Origin: a virus
Taxonomy: Duplodnaviria; Caudoviricetes
IMG/VR virus record: IMGVR_UViG_3300028588_000064
Span: 1 to 33,640 of that record
Direction: 5' to 3' (one strand)
DNA: 33,640 nt
The position numbers and the translations under genes were made by a program. Under the pieces are notes generated by a model. The model did no database searches and was not told the origin of the DNA. It saw only the letters and a program-made list of their open reading frames with translations. Shown here piece after piece: positions 17,213 to 26,835 of this stretch (the stretch's first letter is position 1; each line of letters starts with the position of its first letter).

Positions 17213-19917
17213 GCACCTTCACACCCAAGGTCCGGCTCTGGCCCGGCATGTCCCTGACCCAGGACGCCTCCACGTGGGGCCTCGGCGTGGACATCACTCC
17301 GTGGGTACGGCGGCCGGGCCAGGACGGCGGCCAGGCCATCTCCTATTCGGCGGGCCGGCAGGATGAGGGCAACCAGATCGACGCCGGCACCCTGGACGTC
17401 ACCCTGGACAACCGCACCGGCATCTGGTCGCCCGGCAACGTCACCGGCCCCTACTACGGCAAGCTGAAGCGGAACACGCCGATCCAGCTCACCACCACCA
17501 CCGGCTACGACTCGTTCGGCCGTGTGCTGGCCACCGGCCAGCTCGGCACGTCCACCAGCGGACAGAACTGGACGTCGTCGTCGTCGTGGACGGTCACCGG
17601 CACGGAGGCCTACTCGTCGCTGGCCGTCAACGCGGCCATCATCGCGACCCTGGACAACGCCGACTCCTGGAATTTCGATCTTCGCTACACGTGCTGGGTG
17701 GACCAGGTCGCGACGGGGGCCAACCTGATCATGGGCGGGATCGCCCGGACCGTCGACGCGAGCAACTTCCTCCTGGCCCGGTGTGAGTTCAACACTGCCG
17801 GCACCGTGGACGCCCGGGTCGGGCGACGGACCACCGCGGGCGGGATCGCCACGATCTCCGCGGCGGCCGGGGTCTTCTCATACACGGCCAACACCAAGGT
17901 TCGTGTCCGCTTCCAGGGTGACGGCCCGGCCGTCCGGATGAAGATCTGGAAGCCGGCCAACCCCGCCCTGCCCGACGCCGACGAACCGGCCACCTGGACG
18001 GTGACCGGAGCGGACACCGACATCGGCGGAACCAAGCTGGGCCTGTTCCCGTGGAGGGTCGGCGGGAACACGAACACCAACCCCAAGATCTACGTGGACG
18101 ACTTCACCGCGGACGCCGAGGAGTGGACCGGCGGCGTGGCCCAGTGGCCGACCCGGTGGAACATGACCGGTGCGAACGCCTGGGCGCCCATCCAGGCCGG
18201 TGGCGTCCTCCGCCGCCTTCGCCAGGGTCAGGGCCAGCTCCAGTCGGCGCTCCGCCGGCAGCTGGCCGCCTACTCCCCTACCGGGTTCTGGCCGCTGGAG
18301 GACGGGCCCGGGTCGACGTCGTTCGCCAGCGCGATCACCGGCCTCCAGCCGGCCACCTTCTCCATGGTCACGCCGGGAACGGACAACTCCCTGGCGGGCG
18401 CCGCCCTGTCGCCGACGTTCGATGATCCGTTCTCCTCGATCACCGCGAACACTCCCCGGTCACCGTCACCGAACACCGGCTTTGCCGTCATGTGGCTGAT
18501 GAAAATGCAGAGCCTACCGGCGTCCAACACGCTGGTGGCCCGGATCAAGGTCAATGGCCGGTACTCCAAGTGGGAGATCGCCATGACTCCGACCGGAACG
18601 GTGGTCCGTGCGTATGAGGGCGACGAGACGACGCCGGGTGTGGACAGCTCGGCCCTGTACGGGACCAACGTCAACCCCCTCGGTTGGTTCGCCTGTCAGC
18701 TGGAGGTGGCCAACTCGGGCGGCATCAACACGTGGGCGTTCATCACCCACCAGGTCGGCGACAACACGTACTACTCGCAGTCGTCCAGCTACCTGTCCGG
18801 GGCGGTACCGACGTGCTCCAGTGTCCGGCTCGGCGGGAGCCAGCTGGACGGATGCGCGTTCTCCATGCTGTGGATCGGGCCGGACACGCTGCCGTTCGTG
18901 GCTGACTCGTTCTCGCTGGTGTCGTCCGGGTACGCCGGGGAGAAGGCCGCGGTCCGAGCGGCGCGGGTGGCCACCGAAGCCCGGGTCCCATTGATCATCG
19001 AGCCGGGCGACTCAGAGGCTATGGGCGCACAGAAAGAGGCCACCGCCCTGGAGGCGTTGCGGTCGTGCGAGATCACGGACTACGGGATCTTGTACGAGAC
19101 CGGTTCGGGTCTCGGGTTCCGGCCGCGGGTCGCCCGGTACAACCCGTCGACGTTCCTGACCCTGTCGCTGGTGGCCGGTCACCTGGCATTGCCGCCCGAG
19201 CCGACCTACGACGACCAGAAGCTACGCAACGTCTGGACGGTCACTCGGATCGGCGGATCCTCCGCCACCGTCGTGGACGACACGTCGGTGGCGCTGGAGG
19301 GCGAGATCGCCGGCTCGGACACGGTGAACACTCAGACGGATGACGTCCTACCGAACCACGCCGGCTGGCGGACGTACCTGGGTGTGCAGGACCAGCTGCG
19401 GTGGCCGTCGATCACCCTGGATTTTGCGCGCAACCCCGGTCTGCTGGCATACTGGCGGGCCCGGCGTTACGGCTTCCGGTTCAAGGTCGCCACCGGCCTA
19501 CCTCAGGTGGCCGGAGCTGAGCCGGACGTGATCGCCGAGGGGTACCAGGCCACCCTCCACCCGGACGGCTGGCAGGTCACCCTGAACTGTTCCGGGGCGG
19601 CGCCGTGGGACGTGTCGGTCCTGGAGAGCGCCACCTCTCCGGTCCGGCTGGACACGGCCGGTACCCAGCTCACATCGGGGGTGAACAGCACGGCCACCTC
19701 CTGGCCGGTCACTGTCACGACGGGGCCGATCTGGAACACAGCGGCGACCTTCCCCATCCTGATGATGTGCGAGGGTGAGCTGATCAGCGTGTCCGCCATT
19801 TCCGGGGCCGGGCCGGGGCAGACGTTCACGGTCACCCGGTCTGTGAACGGCGTGGTCAAGTCGCACCTGGCCGCCGCGCCCGTGTCCTTGGCGTATCCGT
19901 CCCGAGCCGCACTGTGA
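17209..19917 (+). CDS. Large minor tail protein (hub/adhesin with beta-sandwich domains)
   Basis: 902 aa after TMP; AGTLDVTLDNRTG..SP..GPYYG, PTGFWPLED, CEGELISV..FTVTRSVNGVVKSH. Confidence 0.8.
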   Translation: MSTFTPKVRLWPGMSLTQDASTWGLGVDITPWVRRPGQDGGQAISYSAGRQDEGNQIDAGTLDVTLDNRTGIWSPGNVTGPYYGKLKRNTPIQLTTTTGYDSFGRVLATGQLGTSTSGQNWTSSSSWTVTGTEAYSSLAVNAAIIATLDNADSWNFDLRYTCWVDQVATGANLIMGGIARTVDASNFLLARCEFNTAGTVDARVGRRTTAGGIATISAAAGVFSYTANTKVRVRFQGDGPAVRMKIWKPANPALPDADEPATWTVTGADTDIGGTKLGLFPWRVGGNTNTNPKIYVDDFTADAEEWTGGVAQWPTRWNMTGANAWAPIQAGGVLRRLRQGQGQLQSALRRQLAAYSPTGFWPLEDGPGSTSFASAITGLQPATFSMVTPGTDNSLAGAALSPTFDDPFSSITANTPRSPSPNTGFAVMWLMKMQSLPASNTLVARIKVNGRYSKWEIAMTPTGTVVRAYEGDETTPGVDSSALYGTNVNPLGWFACQLEVANSGGINTWAFITHQVGDNTYYSQSSSYLSGAVPTCSSVRLGGSQLDGCAFSMLWIGPDTLPFVADSFSLVSSGYAGEKAAVRAARVATEARVPLIIEPGDSEAMGAQKEATALEALRSCEITDYGILYETGSGLGFRPRVARYNPSTFLTLSLVAGHLALPPEPTYDDQKLRNVWTVTRIGGSSATVVDDTSVALEGEIAGSDTVNTQTDDVLPNHAGWRTYLGVQDQLRWPSITLDFARNPGLLAYWRARRYGFRFKVATGLPQVAGAEPDVIAEGYQATLHPDGWQVTLNCSGAAPWDVSVLESATSPVRLDTAGTQLTSGVNSTATSWPVTVTTGPIWNTAATFPILMMCEGELISVSAISGAGPGQTFTVTRSVNGVVKSHLAAAPVSLAYPSRAAL

Positions 19918-19926
19918 GGAGTTCTC

Positions 19927-20361
19927 ATGTTTCTCGCCGGTGACATCCTCACCGCCCAGCGCCTGAACCGGCTCCAGCCCAAGACGTACACGGTCAAGTC
20001 GTCCGGCAACGTGGCGGCCAGCCAAACCGGCGTCGATATCCCGGGCGCCACGTACACGTTCACCACGGAGACGAACGGCGCCACTGTGGACGTGTGGTTC
20101 TCGGTCGACTTCGACAACACGGCGTCCCCGGGCGCCAACGTCGGTTCGGTCCGGGCATTCCTGGATGGTGTGACCGGCGGCATCCTGTTCGGCATCTACG
20201 GGGCGAACATCACTGACGGTCGCGCCAACGTCGCCAACGTCGACTCGTTCACCGTTCCGACCGCGGGCAGCCACACGATCAAGCTGGTGGTGACGACCCC
20301 GGCGGCGATGACGGTCAACCAGTACACCGGCTTGAAGCTCCAGGTCAATGAGATCGTCTGA
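19927..20361 (+). CDS. Minor tail protein
   Basis: FLAGDILTAQRLN N-terminus typical of actinophage tail proteins; GAGGAG SD. Confidence 0.7.
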   Translation: MFLAGDILTAQRLNRLQPKTYTVKSSGNVAASQTGVDIPGATYTFTTETNGATVDVWFSVDFDNTASPGANVGSVRAFLDGVTGGILFGIYGANITDGRANVANVDSFTVPTAGSHTIKLVVTTPAAMTVNQYTGLKLQVNEIV

Positions 20362-20400
20362 CCACCGGTACGATCGAGGAAACGCGAGGGAGACTCAGCC

Positions 20401-21276
20401 ATGGCCATGAACCCACGGACGCACCCGCGCGGGGCCCGCCCGGACTTCACCCTGCCCAAGGCCAACCCCAATCCGGGCCGCATGACGGACGCCCTCTGGT
20501 GGCTGGTCTGCATGCGGGAAGCCCTGGAGCCGGCCAGCGAGAACGGCGGCACGTTCGCGAACAAGCCGGGCTATCACAACGCCGGAGAGAACCTCCCGAA
20601 TCACGGCGAGGGCGCGGCCACCACCGATCACAGCATCCGCCGGGCGCCCGACCGACGCGGCCCGTGGTGGCGGGAGAAGTCCAGCGCGCACGACTGGACG
20701 TTCCCGGACGCCCAGCGCGGCGACTACAAGACGATCATCAAGTACACCAAGCGCCTGATCAACGCTATGCGCGACCCGCATGACCTCCGTCCGGACGACG
20801 TGTTCGCGTACACCCTCGGCCAGATCGACGGTGACGTGGTCGTGGAGGGGTACAACGAGTACCGCGACGAGGCCGAGACCAGCGGTGACAAGACGCACCT
20901 CTGGCACCGGCACGACTCGTTCCGCCGGGACATCGTCGGCAACTACTGGGCCATGTGGAAGGCCCTCACGATCGACATGGGGTGGACCTACGCTGAATGG
21001 CTGGAGTCCACCGCATCCGTAGACGTACCGGCACCGGCAGAGGAGAACGGCATGGCGAACTGGGACGACACGATCAAGATCACCGGGACCACCGGCAAGG
21101 AACTGTTCGAGCCGGACCGCGAGGCCGGCACGGAGGTGGCCGCCGGCACGATCCTCCAGCTGTCCGCCATCCACGCCGGCCGAGCCGCCCGGGACGCTGC
21201 GGAGGCCCTCCGGATCGCCGAGGAGACGGCCGCTAAGGTGGACGAGGTCCTGGCCGCCCTGAAGCCCGCGGAGTAG
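20401..21276 (+). CDS. Endolysin, probable Zn peptidase (M15/LAS-like)
   Basis: GYH, SAHDWT, HLWHRHDSF (HxH) motifs; lies between tail genes and small TM genes. Confidence 0.6.
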   Translation: MAMNPRTHPRGARPDFTLPKANPNPGRMTDALWWLVCMREALEPASENGGTFANKPGYHNAGENLPNHGEGAATTDHSIRRAPDRRGPWWREKSSAHDWTFPDAQRGDYKTIIKYTKRLINAMRDPHDLRPDDVFAYTLGQIDGDVVVEGYNEYRDEAETSGDKTHLWHRHDSFRRDIVGNYWAMWKALTIDMGWTYAEWLESTASVDVPAPAEENGMANWDDTIKITGTTGKELFEPDREAGTEVAAGTILQLSAIHAGRAARDAAEALRIAEETAAKVDEVLAALKPAE

Positions 21277-21638
21277 TGCAGCCCAACCGACGCCTGCCGG
21301 TTGATCCAGATTTCATCGCCCTAAGGGCCCAGGTGGAACGGATCAACCGGCGGCTGGGCATCACGGTGAACGCCGGGGCGACCGCGGCGAAGCGGTTCCG
21401 GATCGCTGTGAAGGTCCTTGGCCTGTCGCTGGCCAACGTGGCTGCCCAGTTCGACGTCCAATGGTCATCACCACTGGCCACTAGCACGTACAACGTGGAC
21501 GTAGCCTGTTCCGCCCTGCTTGGGATGCCCACGGTGACGGTCACGAATCAGACCACGACCGGGTGCACGATCACGTTCACGCCTACGCTGGTGGTCACCA
21601 ACGCTACGGTGGTCGCGCTGGCGGTGTCTCCGCTGTGA
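21276..21638 (+). CDS. Hypothetical, possibly structural protein
   Basis: 120 aa, coiled N-terminus and Thr/Val-rich beta C-terminus; overlaps lysin stop. Confidence 0.6.
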   Translation: MQPNRRLPVDPDFIALRAQVERINRRLGITVNAGATAAKRFRIAVKVLGLSLANVAAQFDVQWSSPLATSTYNVDVACSALLGMPTVTVTNQTTTGCTITFTPTLVVTNATVVALAVSPL

Positions 21639-21669
21639 ACCCTGCCTCGATCAGATCGGTGGACCATGA

Positions 21670-21981
21670 GTGAGCGGACAGCGCACGGCCCCGGGGCGCC
21701 GCGATTTTCTGCGCGACGCACTCTCATACCTGGGAGGGTGGGGCCTGATCCTCAAGCAGGCCGGCATTTTCTTCCCCCCACCGGAGAGCGTGTCCATTCC
21801 GCTGGTGATCACGGGTGGCCTGCTGGTGGGCGTGCCCGGCCTGGCCCAGCTCGTAATGTGGTGGCTCCAGGTCCAGGCCGGCACTCCTGGTATTTCTGGA
21901 CCGCCCTCGGGGCCAGTGGACCCCCCGCCGCCGCCGTCCTCGCCTACGTTGTCTCCAGGGTCATCGGGGGCTGAGGCGTGA
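21670..21981 (+). CDS. Membrane protein (lysis cassette)
   Basis: Two TM segments and Pro/Ser-rich tail. Confidence 0.65.
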   Translation: MSGQRTAPGRRDFLRDALSYLGGWGLILKQAGIFFPPPESVSIPLVITGGLLVGVPGLAQLVMWWLQVQAGTPGISGPPSGPVDPPPPPSSPTLSPGSSGAEA

Positions 21982-22277
21982 GGACGGACCAGGAGATCAC
22001 CCAGGAGATCCACCGCGTGAGCCGGCTCGGTCTGTACCGGTGGGCGGCGCTGCTGTTGTCCACGCTCGGGGCCAGCGGCCTGGCCCTGCTGGTCAGCGTG
22101 CACCTGTCCGGCGAGGCCCTGAAGCGGGAGCAGCAGCAGCGCGAACAGGCCCGGCAGGCTACCTGCCTGGTGGTCAAGCGCATGATCAACGTGTACTCCG
22201 ATCCGTCCACCGAGACGGGGCGCAATGCCGCCGTGGCCTGGCGTGGCCTCGGCGTTCAGTTTCGATGTGAGGGGTAG
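21978..22277 (+). CDS. Membrane protein (lysis cassette)
   Basis: One TM, coiled coil, two Cys; GTGA overlap. Confidence 0.7.
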   Translation: MRTDQEITQEIHRVSRLGLYRWAALLLSTLGASGLALLVSVHLSGEALKREQQQREQARQATCLVVKRMINVYSDPSTETGRNAAVAWRGLGVQFRCEG

Positions 22278-22279
22278 CC

Positions 22280-22522
22280 ATGACGCAACCTGAGAACGCC
22301 GGCCCGAACCGTGACGGCTCCAAGTCCCTGGCCCGGGAGAGTCGATACGGCCTGATCGTTCAGTTCGTGCTGGTGACAGCGGCGACCGCGGGATTGGGTT
22401 GGGTGGCCGACCTGGACCTGTCCACGCTGCCGGGCTGGGCGGCCGGTGCCGGCGTCTACGCCACGTCCACGATCGTCGGTTTCCTGACCGCGTACGTGAC
22501 CAAGAATCGGACGTCGCGCTGA
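22280..22522 (+). CDS. Holin-like protein
   Basis: 80 aa, two TM helices, basic C-terminus, near lysin. Confidence 0.55.
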   Translation: MTQPENAGPNRDGSKSLARESRYGLIVQFVLVTAATAGLGWVADLDLSTLPGWAAGAGVYATSTIVGFLTAYVTKNRTSR

Positions 22523-22779
22523 TGACCAGGCCGAGTGTAGGCCGAGTGGTCCACTACGTCTCGTACGGCACTCCGGGCGGCGAGTACTCCTCGCAGTGTC
22601 GGGCGGCCGTCGTAACCGAGGTGGCCCCGGAGGCGGCCTCACAGGACGAGCCGCGCGTTGGTCTGTGCGTTCTCAATCCGACGGGCCAGTTCTTCCACTC
22701 GCTGGCCAGCGGCGGATGCGGCCAGGACGAGGCCGACAAGCGTGGCGGCACCTGGCACTGGCCGGAACGGGAGGCCTGA
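22522..22779 (+). CDS. Conserved phage hypothetical protein
   Basis: MTRPSVGRVVHYV..CRAAVVTEV..GTWHWPER, a pattern common in actinophages; TGATG overlap. Confidence 0.8.
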   Translation: MTRPSVGRVVHYVSYGTPGGEYSSQCRAAVVTEVAPEAASQDEPRVGLCVLNPTGQFFHSLASGGCGQDEADKRGGTWHWPEREA

Positions 22780-22961
22780 TGCTGACCCAGCAACTGACCG
22801 TCGACACGTCCACCCTGGTTGGCCGGCTGGTCGTCACCTGTCCCGAGGGCGGCGCGGCCGAGCTCCAGGGCCTGGCCGCCGAGCTGGCCCTACGGTCGAA
22901 CGTGACGACCAGCGGGCCGATTGAGATCGTGGTGGAATCGGAGACGCCGCCGCCGGCCTGA
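22779..22961 (+). CDS. Hypothetical protein, 60 aa
   Basis: TGATG overlap, GGGAGG SD, ends before terminator. Confidence 0.6.
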   Translation: MLTQQLTVDTSTLVGRLVVTCPEGGAAELQGLAAELALRSNVTTSGPIEIVVESETPPPA

Positions 22962-22970
22962 CCGAAGACA

Positions 22971-23011
22971 CGAAACGACCCCCGACGAGATTCTCGTCGG
23001 GGGTCGTTTCG
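22971..23011. terminator. Bidirectional terminator between convergent arms
   Basis: Perfect 20-bp inverted repeat CGAAACGACCCCCGACGAGA-T-TCTCGTCGGGGGTCGTTTCG. Confidence 0.85.
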
Positions 23012-23016
23012 GTTCG

Positions 23017-23358
23017 TCAGCTCGGGATCGAGAGGGGGGCCCAGCGCTGGAGGTAGTGCCAGTCCTCGTTACCGAACTCCTGGAAGGTGCGACCGCCGAT
23101 CCACTTCCCGTCTCCGCATCGAGTCCAGGAGTCGCCGTCCTTGTCAAAAACGGTGGTCCCGATCGAGGGCTCGCCGTTCTGGTCGGAGGCCGTCTCGGCC
23201 GGAACCACGGCGTTGACGCCCGCGGCCCAGGCAGAGAGGAAGCTCCCCACGCCGTTCAGGTCTTGAATCTGATCGGCGGCGATGGCGTTCTTGAGCGCGG
23301 TGGCCAGGGCGTTGACTGCCTCGGCCTTGGCCTTGATGAGTGCTCCGGTGTCCGTCAT
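23017..23358 (-). CDS. Hypothetical protein (leaderless)
   Basis: 113 aa; TGCTATAGT-TGAGCT-ATG directly upstream (hexamer 23365-23370). Confidence 0.8.
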   Translation of the reverse strand: MTDTGALIKAKAEAVNALATALKNAIAADQIQDLNGVGSFLSAWAAGVNAVVPAETASDQNGEPSIGTTVFDKDGDSWTRCGDGKWIGGRTFQEFGNEDWHYLQRWAPLSIPS

Positions 23359-23379
23359 AGCTCAACTATAGCAGACGTC

Positions 23380-23847
23380 TCAGCGCACGTCCACATGTAC
23401 GGCCACCGCGACTCCGCGGCGTGAGCGCCGACCATACTTCGCCCAGACGAACAGACCGAACATGCCCAGCACCGTCACCACCGCGGCGACCAGGCTGGCC
23501 GTCGACAGCGACATCAGCAGCCAGGCGAAGGCGGCCATAAGGGCGGCCAGGCCTAGCAGCACCAGGCCTACGGACCGGCACACCAGGGCCCAGCGGGGCG
23601 CGATCGGCCGGGGCGGCACCTTGACCACCCGGACGGCGTAGTGGCCGGCCCGCGGGCCGCTGGTCAACAGCCGGATCTCGCTGTCCGTCCGCTCGATCTC
23701 GCCGGCCCTCTGGCGCCGGCCGAGGGCGGCCAGCAGTTCCTTGCGGGTCGGCGCGGTCAGGTCCACCACCTGGCGCACCGTACCCACCGGGGCCGGACGC
23801 CGCTGGAGGACGGTAGCCGGCCGCTTCCGGGCAAGTTCCTGATTCAT
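23380..23847 (-). CDS. Membrane protein
   Basis: 155 aa, basic N-terminus, two C-terminal TM helices. Confidence 0.75.
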   Translation of the reverse strand: MNQELARKRPATVLQRRPAPVGTVRQVVDLTAPTRKELLAALGRRQRAGEIERTDSEIRLLTSGPRAGHYAVRVVKVPPRPIAPRWALVCRSVGLVLLGLAALMAAFAWLLMSLSTASLVAAVVTVLGMFGLFVWAKYGRRSRRGVAVAVHVDVR

Positions 23848-24344
23848 CGATTACTCCAAACGGTCATGACCAAGCTGGCCAGCAGGACGAGGACGCCGGC
23901 AGCTTGGATGGCCTGCCGGATGAAAACGTTGGCGCGGTAGGTGATGGCCCCGGCGTCCCGGGCGGCCCGCTGCGCGCGCTGGCGGGACAGGGTGACCCGC
24001 CGCGGATTCCAGTGGTTCTTGCGGTCGTTGTAGCGGGGCCAGAGCACCCACATGACCAGCGTCTCCAGGGGCCGCCGGACCCACGTCCAGTTAAGCCACC
24101 ACGGGAGCCGGATCAGCCGGTGGCACACCGCGTCCAGGTCCATCCAGGGCTTCTCGGTGGACTGCTGGACCGTGCCGTCCTCGCGGAGGTAGGCCGTCCG
24201 GCCTTCGTGGTCACGCTGGCGCCGCCGGAACGAGTTGGACTCCCCGACGTAGCCCCACTCCCGGCGGCGGGACGCGTGCTTGCGGGTGCGCCAGGCGTAG
24301 ACGCCACCGGCCCGCCGCCAGACCTTGCGGAGCCAGTCACCCAC
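23844..24344 (-). CDS. GIY-YIG nuclease-like protein with C-terminal TM anchor
   Basis: GGVY..YVGES..RRRQRDH..LET..PRYN, then AAGVLVLLASLVMTVW. Confidence 0.7.
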   Translation of the reverse strand: MGDWLRKVWRRAGGVYAWRTRKHASRRREWGYVGESNSFRRRQRDHEGRTAYLREDGTVQQSTEKPWMDLDAVCHRLIRLPWWLNWTWVRRPLETLVMWVLWPRYNDRKNHWNPRRVTLSRQRAQRAARDAGAITYRANVFIRQAIQAAGVLVLLASLVMTVWSNR

Positions 24345-24585
24345 GGCGATCGACCTTCTCCAGGATCAGGAAGCATTCGCCGCTGGTGCTGGCCTCGGCG
24401 ACATAGGCCCGGAACGTGGCGTACGGGTGCTCACCAGTCACGTACTGGCCGAGGTGCGCCAAGGCCCAGGCGAGGTCGTCATCGGTCAGGTTGGACAGGG
24501 TGACGTTGCCGTGGGGCTTACGCGTCCACGCGATGAACGTCCGGCCGTCGACCACCAGCGGGGTCGGGGGTAGTGCTCGGGGCAT
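24337..24585 (-). CDS. Hypothetical protein, 82 aa
   Basis: AGGAGG SD 4 nt before ATG 24585; start re-assigned. Confidence 0.7.
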   Translation of the reverse strand: MPRALPPTPLVVDGRTFIAWTRKPHGNVTLSNLTDDDLAWALAHLGQYVTGEHPYATFRAYVAEASTSGECFLILEKVDRRG

Positions 24586-24690
24586 TCGTCCTCCTGAACT
24601 GGAAAGTCCGACCCGGGCGATTGGTAGCACCGAGCCGGACGATCATCGGGCCGGTTCAGACGTTAGGGGGTCGTACCGGCAACTCCGCCC

Positions 24691-24772
24691 TATACGTCAA
24701 CTATAGCCGACGTGCCAGCTCACCGCAACGCCCTAGCAGACCAACTATAAGTGATCTATTATAAAAGGTATG
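24691..24772. promoter_or_regulatory. Divergent promoter region
   Basis: Leftward TATAGT at 24700-24705 and 24744-24749; rightward TATTAT at 24757-24762, 7 nt before ATG 24770; locally AT-rich. Confidence 0.65.
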
Positions 24773-25141
24773 CCTAGTTGGTTCGACGTCGATGCGCCTG
24801 ACACGTCCTGGAGGGCATCCTCCGAGGACCCCATACCTCTGCTCATGGGCCGGTGGCCCATCACCGCCTTCTTGTACCGCTGGTGCGCCTGCCGGCCCCT
24901 GGACGGCCACGCCCGGACGGACGCCGGCTTCCTCACTCCCGGCACGAAGGCGTTCACCAAGACCGGCCGGGCGGCGCCGTACCAGTTCTGGCCCGGCTGG
25001 AAACGGGGCCTGTTCACCCGCCTGCCGATCAACCTGTTCCTGCTGTCCCTGCTGACCGCGTACCTGATCAGCGGCTGGGGTGGCCTCGGCTCATACCTCC
25101 ACGCCTACTGGACGGTGATCGCATGGTGCTTCACCTGGTGA
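24770..25141 (+). CDS. Trp-rich membrane protein
   Basis: 123 aa, C-terminal TM segment(s); stop overlaps the FtsK-like gene start. Confidence 0.7.
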   Translation: MPSWFDVDAPDTSWRASSEDPIPLLMGRWPITAFLYRWCACRPLDGHARTDAGFLTPGTKAFTKTGRAAPYQFWPGWKRGLFTRLPINLFLLSLLTAYLISGWGGLGSYLHAYWTVIAWCFTW

Positions 25142-26613
25142 TCTGGCTGGCCAAGACCCTGGCCTACTGCGCACCGCTACTCGCCGCCGCCGCCGCGGCA
25201 TGCGTGATCGTCTTCACCTGGCGCGCTGCCGCCGGCAGGGTGGCCGTCGTTGGTCGCCGGCCGCGGGAGTACGTCGTGCCGATCGAGGCGGCGGCGGCCA
25301 CCCTGCTGAAGACCCGGCCCGGGGTCGTCCGCATGGTCATGGACGCCGGGCTGCTCACCGAGGACACCAGCGCCCGCGGTCGGCTCACCCTGCCCCTGTC
25401 GTGGGTCGGCACGGACACCGAACGGGACAGCCTCCTGACCCTGGTGCGGTCCCGGCTCGGCACCGACCTGGTGGCCGCCCGGTTCAAGCTGGCCGGCCAC
25501 GCACCGCATATGCAGCTCTACGTGCCGCCGCAGCCTCCCCCGTTCGTGAGCTGGGAGCGCTTCCTGGAGCTGGCCGACCCGATCTCGCCCTACCTCGGGG
25601 ACGCCGCGGGTGGCCGTGCGGTCCGGTGGGACCTCGGCGACGACAGCCCGCACATGGGCATCATCGGCGGGTCCGGCGTCGGCAAGAGTGAGTTGATGGC
25701 CGCGGTCACGGCCCAGTTCATGCGCGCGGGTGCCGGCGTCATCGTGCTCGACCCGAAGGCCACTTCCCACCGCTGGCTCATGGACATCGACGGCGTGCTC
25801 TACTGCGGCGAGCGCCGGATGCTGTTCGACACGGTGATGTGGCTGGACGACGTGATGAATGACCGCATCGCCCAGAACCTCCGGGTGGCCGATGACATCG
25901 ACTTCCCGCGGATCGTCATCCTGCTGGAGGAACGCAACAGCCTCCAGGACAAGCTCCGGGACGCCTGGGCGGAGATCCGGGTCAGTGGCCAGCCGCAGAT
26001 GTCGCCGGCCATCAAGGCCCTGGACAGGCTGTCCAGCATGGGCCGGTCGATCAACATCAACGTGATCCTGGGTGGCCAGGAGACGGCCCAGCAGGTCATC
26101 GGGCGCCGCAGCAACTACGGGGCCTTCTCCGTGGGTGGCCGCACCGCCGAGGGCCACTGGCGCAACATCGGGGTCAAGAAGCCGGCGATCTCGTCCAGCC
26201 CCGGCCGGTTCGGCTACGTGGTGGCCGGTCAGGTCCAGGTCTTCCAGGCCCCGTACATGGACCTGAAGCAGGAGCGCGCGCGTCTGGTGGCCTGGGCGAC
26301 CGGCGGCGAGCCCCTCCTGGACGTCCGGGCCATGATGTCGTCACACGATGCGGGGGTGCCTTTCCCCAGCTCAGAGCCTGTAGACACGACGACAGGTGGG
26401 TCGGGGGACCTCTGGCTGGTCGAACAGGCCGGCGACCGGGTCACCCTGCCCCAGTGGGCGGCGTCGTGCGGCTTGAACGTGGCCACCGTCCGGCAGTGGT
26501 CGACGCGGTACCCGGAGTTCCCGGCGGCGGTCGGCACGCTGGGCCGGTCTCGGGCGTTCAGCCGGGAGGCCCTGGACGCCTGGCGCGAGGAGCATCGGTC
26601 CGCCAGCGCCTGA
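25123..26613 (+). CDS. FtsK/SpoIIIE (TraB-like) ATPase with N-terminal TM and C-terminal HTH
   Basis: SPHMGIIGGSGVGKS (Walker A), VLDPK, RIVILLEE (Walker B), MGRSININVILGGQ, PGRFG; C-term LPQWAASCGLNVATVRQWSTRYPEFP..AFSREALDAW; start 25123 or 25138. Confidence 0.85.
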   Translation: MVLHLVIWLAKTLAYCAPLLAAAAAACVIVFTWRAAAGRVAVVGRRPREYVVPIEAAAATLLKTRPGVVRMVMDAGLLTEDTSARGRLTLPLSWVGTDTERDSLLTLVRSRLGTDLVAARFKLAGHAPHMQLYVPPQPPPFVSWERFLELADPISPYLGDAAGGRAVRWDLGDDSPHMGIIGGSGVGKSELMAAVTAQFMRAGAGVIVLDPKATSHRWLMDIDGVLYCGERRMLFDTVMWLDDVMNDRIAQNLRVADDIDFPRIVILLEERNSLQDKLRDAWAEIRVSGQPQMSPAIKALDRLSSMGRSININVILGGQETAQQVIGRRSNYGAFSVGGRTAEGHWRNIGVKKPAISSSPGRFGYVVAGQVQVFQAPYMDLKQERARLVAWATGGEPLLDVRAMMSSHDAGVPFPSSEPVDTTTGGSGDLWLVEQAGDRVTLPQWAASCGLNVATVRQWSTRYPEFPAAVGTLGRSRAFSREALDAWREEHRSASA

Positions 26614-26614
26614 C

Positions 26615-26761
26615 CTACGCCCGGACGATCTCAATCGTCCGGGCGTAGCGGTTGCTGGACAGTCGGTCCGCCTCGGCGGTGGCCTCGGCGTAGGTCATGG
26701 CGTGAAGGGTGATCGTGCCGCAGTGGGGGCCAGTGATCCGGAGTGTCCATTCCTTCGTCAT
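26615..26761 (-). CDS. Leaderless 48 aa protein (not in ORF track)
   Basis: MTKEWTLRITGPHCGTITLHAMTYAEATAEADRLSSNRYARTIEIVRA; TATAGT 6 nt upstream. Confidence 0.7.
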   Translation of the reverse strand: MTKEWTLRITGPHCGTITLHAMTYAEATAEADRLSSNRYARTIEIVRA

Positions 26762-26828
26762 ACCCCTACTATAGCAGACGTCTAGCTGGACAGCAAGAAG
26801 GCCCTGGACATCGTGTCCAGGGCCTTTC
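26759..26828 (-). repeat. Cassette boundary 1 (terminator hairpin + leaderless promoter)
   Basis: AAGGCCCTGGACA-TCG-TGTCCAGGGCCTT hairpin, then on minus strand TTGCTG-17 nt-TATAGT-6 nt-ATG. Confidence 0.8.
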
Positions 26829-26835
26829 CGGTGGA

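Noticed and set aside
63-21544. Long minus-strand ORFs (e.g. 4299..6167, 7598..9355, 10446..11834, 14752..16197)
   Set aside because: Antisense shadows of high-GC3 genes, with no recognisable motifs or start signals
22971-23011. attP or hairpin-telomere site
   Set aside because: No integrase or protelomerase in the window; position between convergent genes fits a bidirectional terminator
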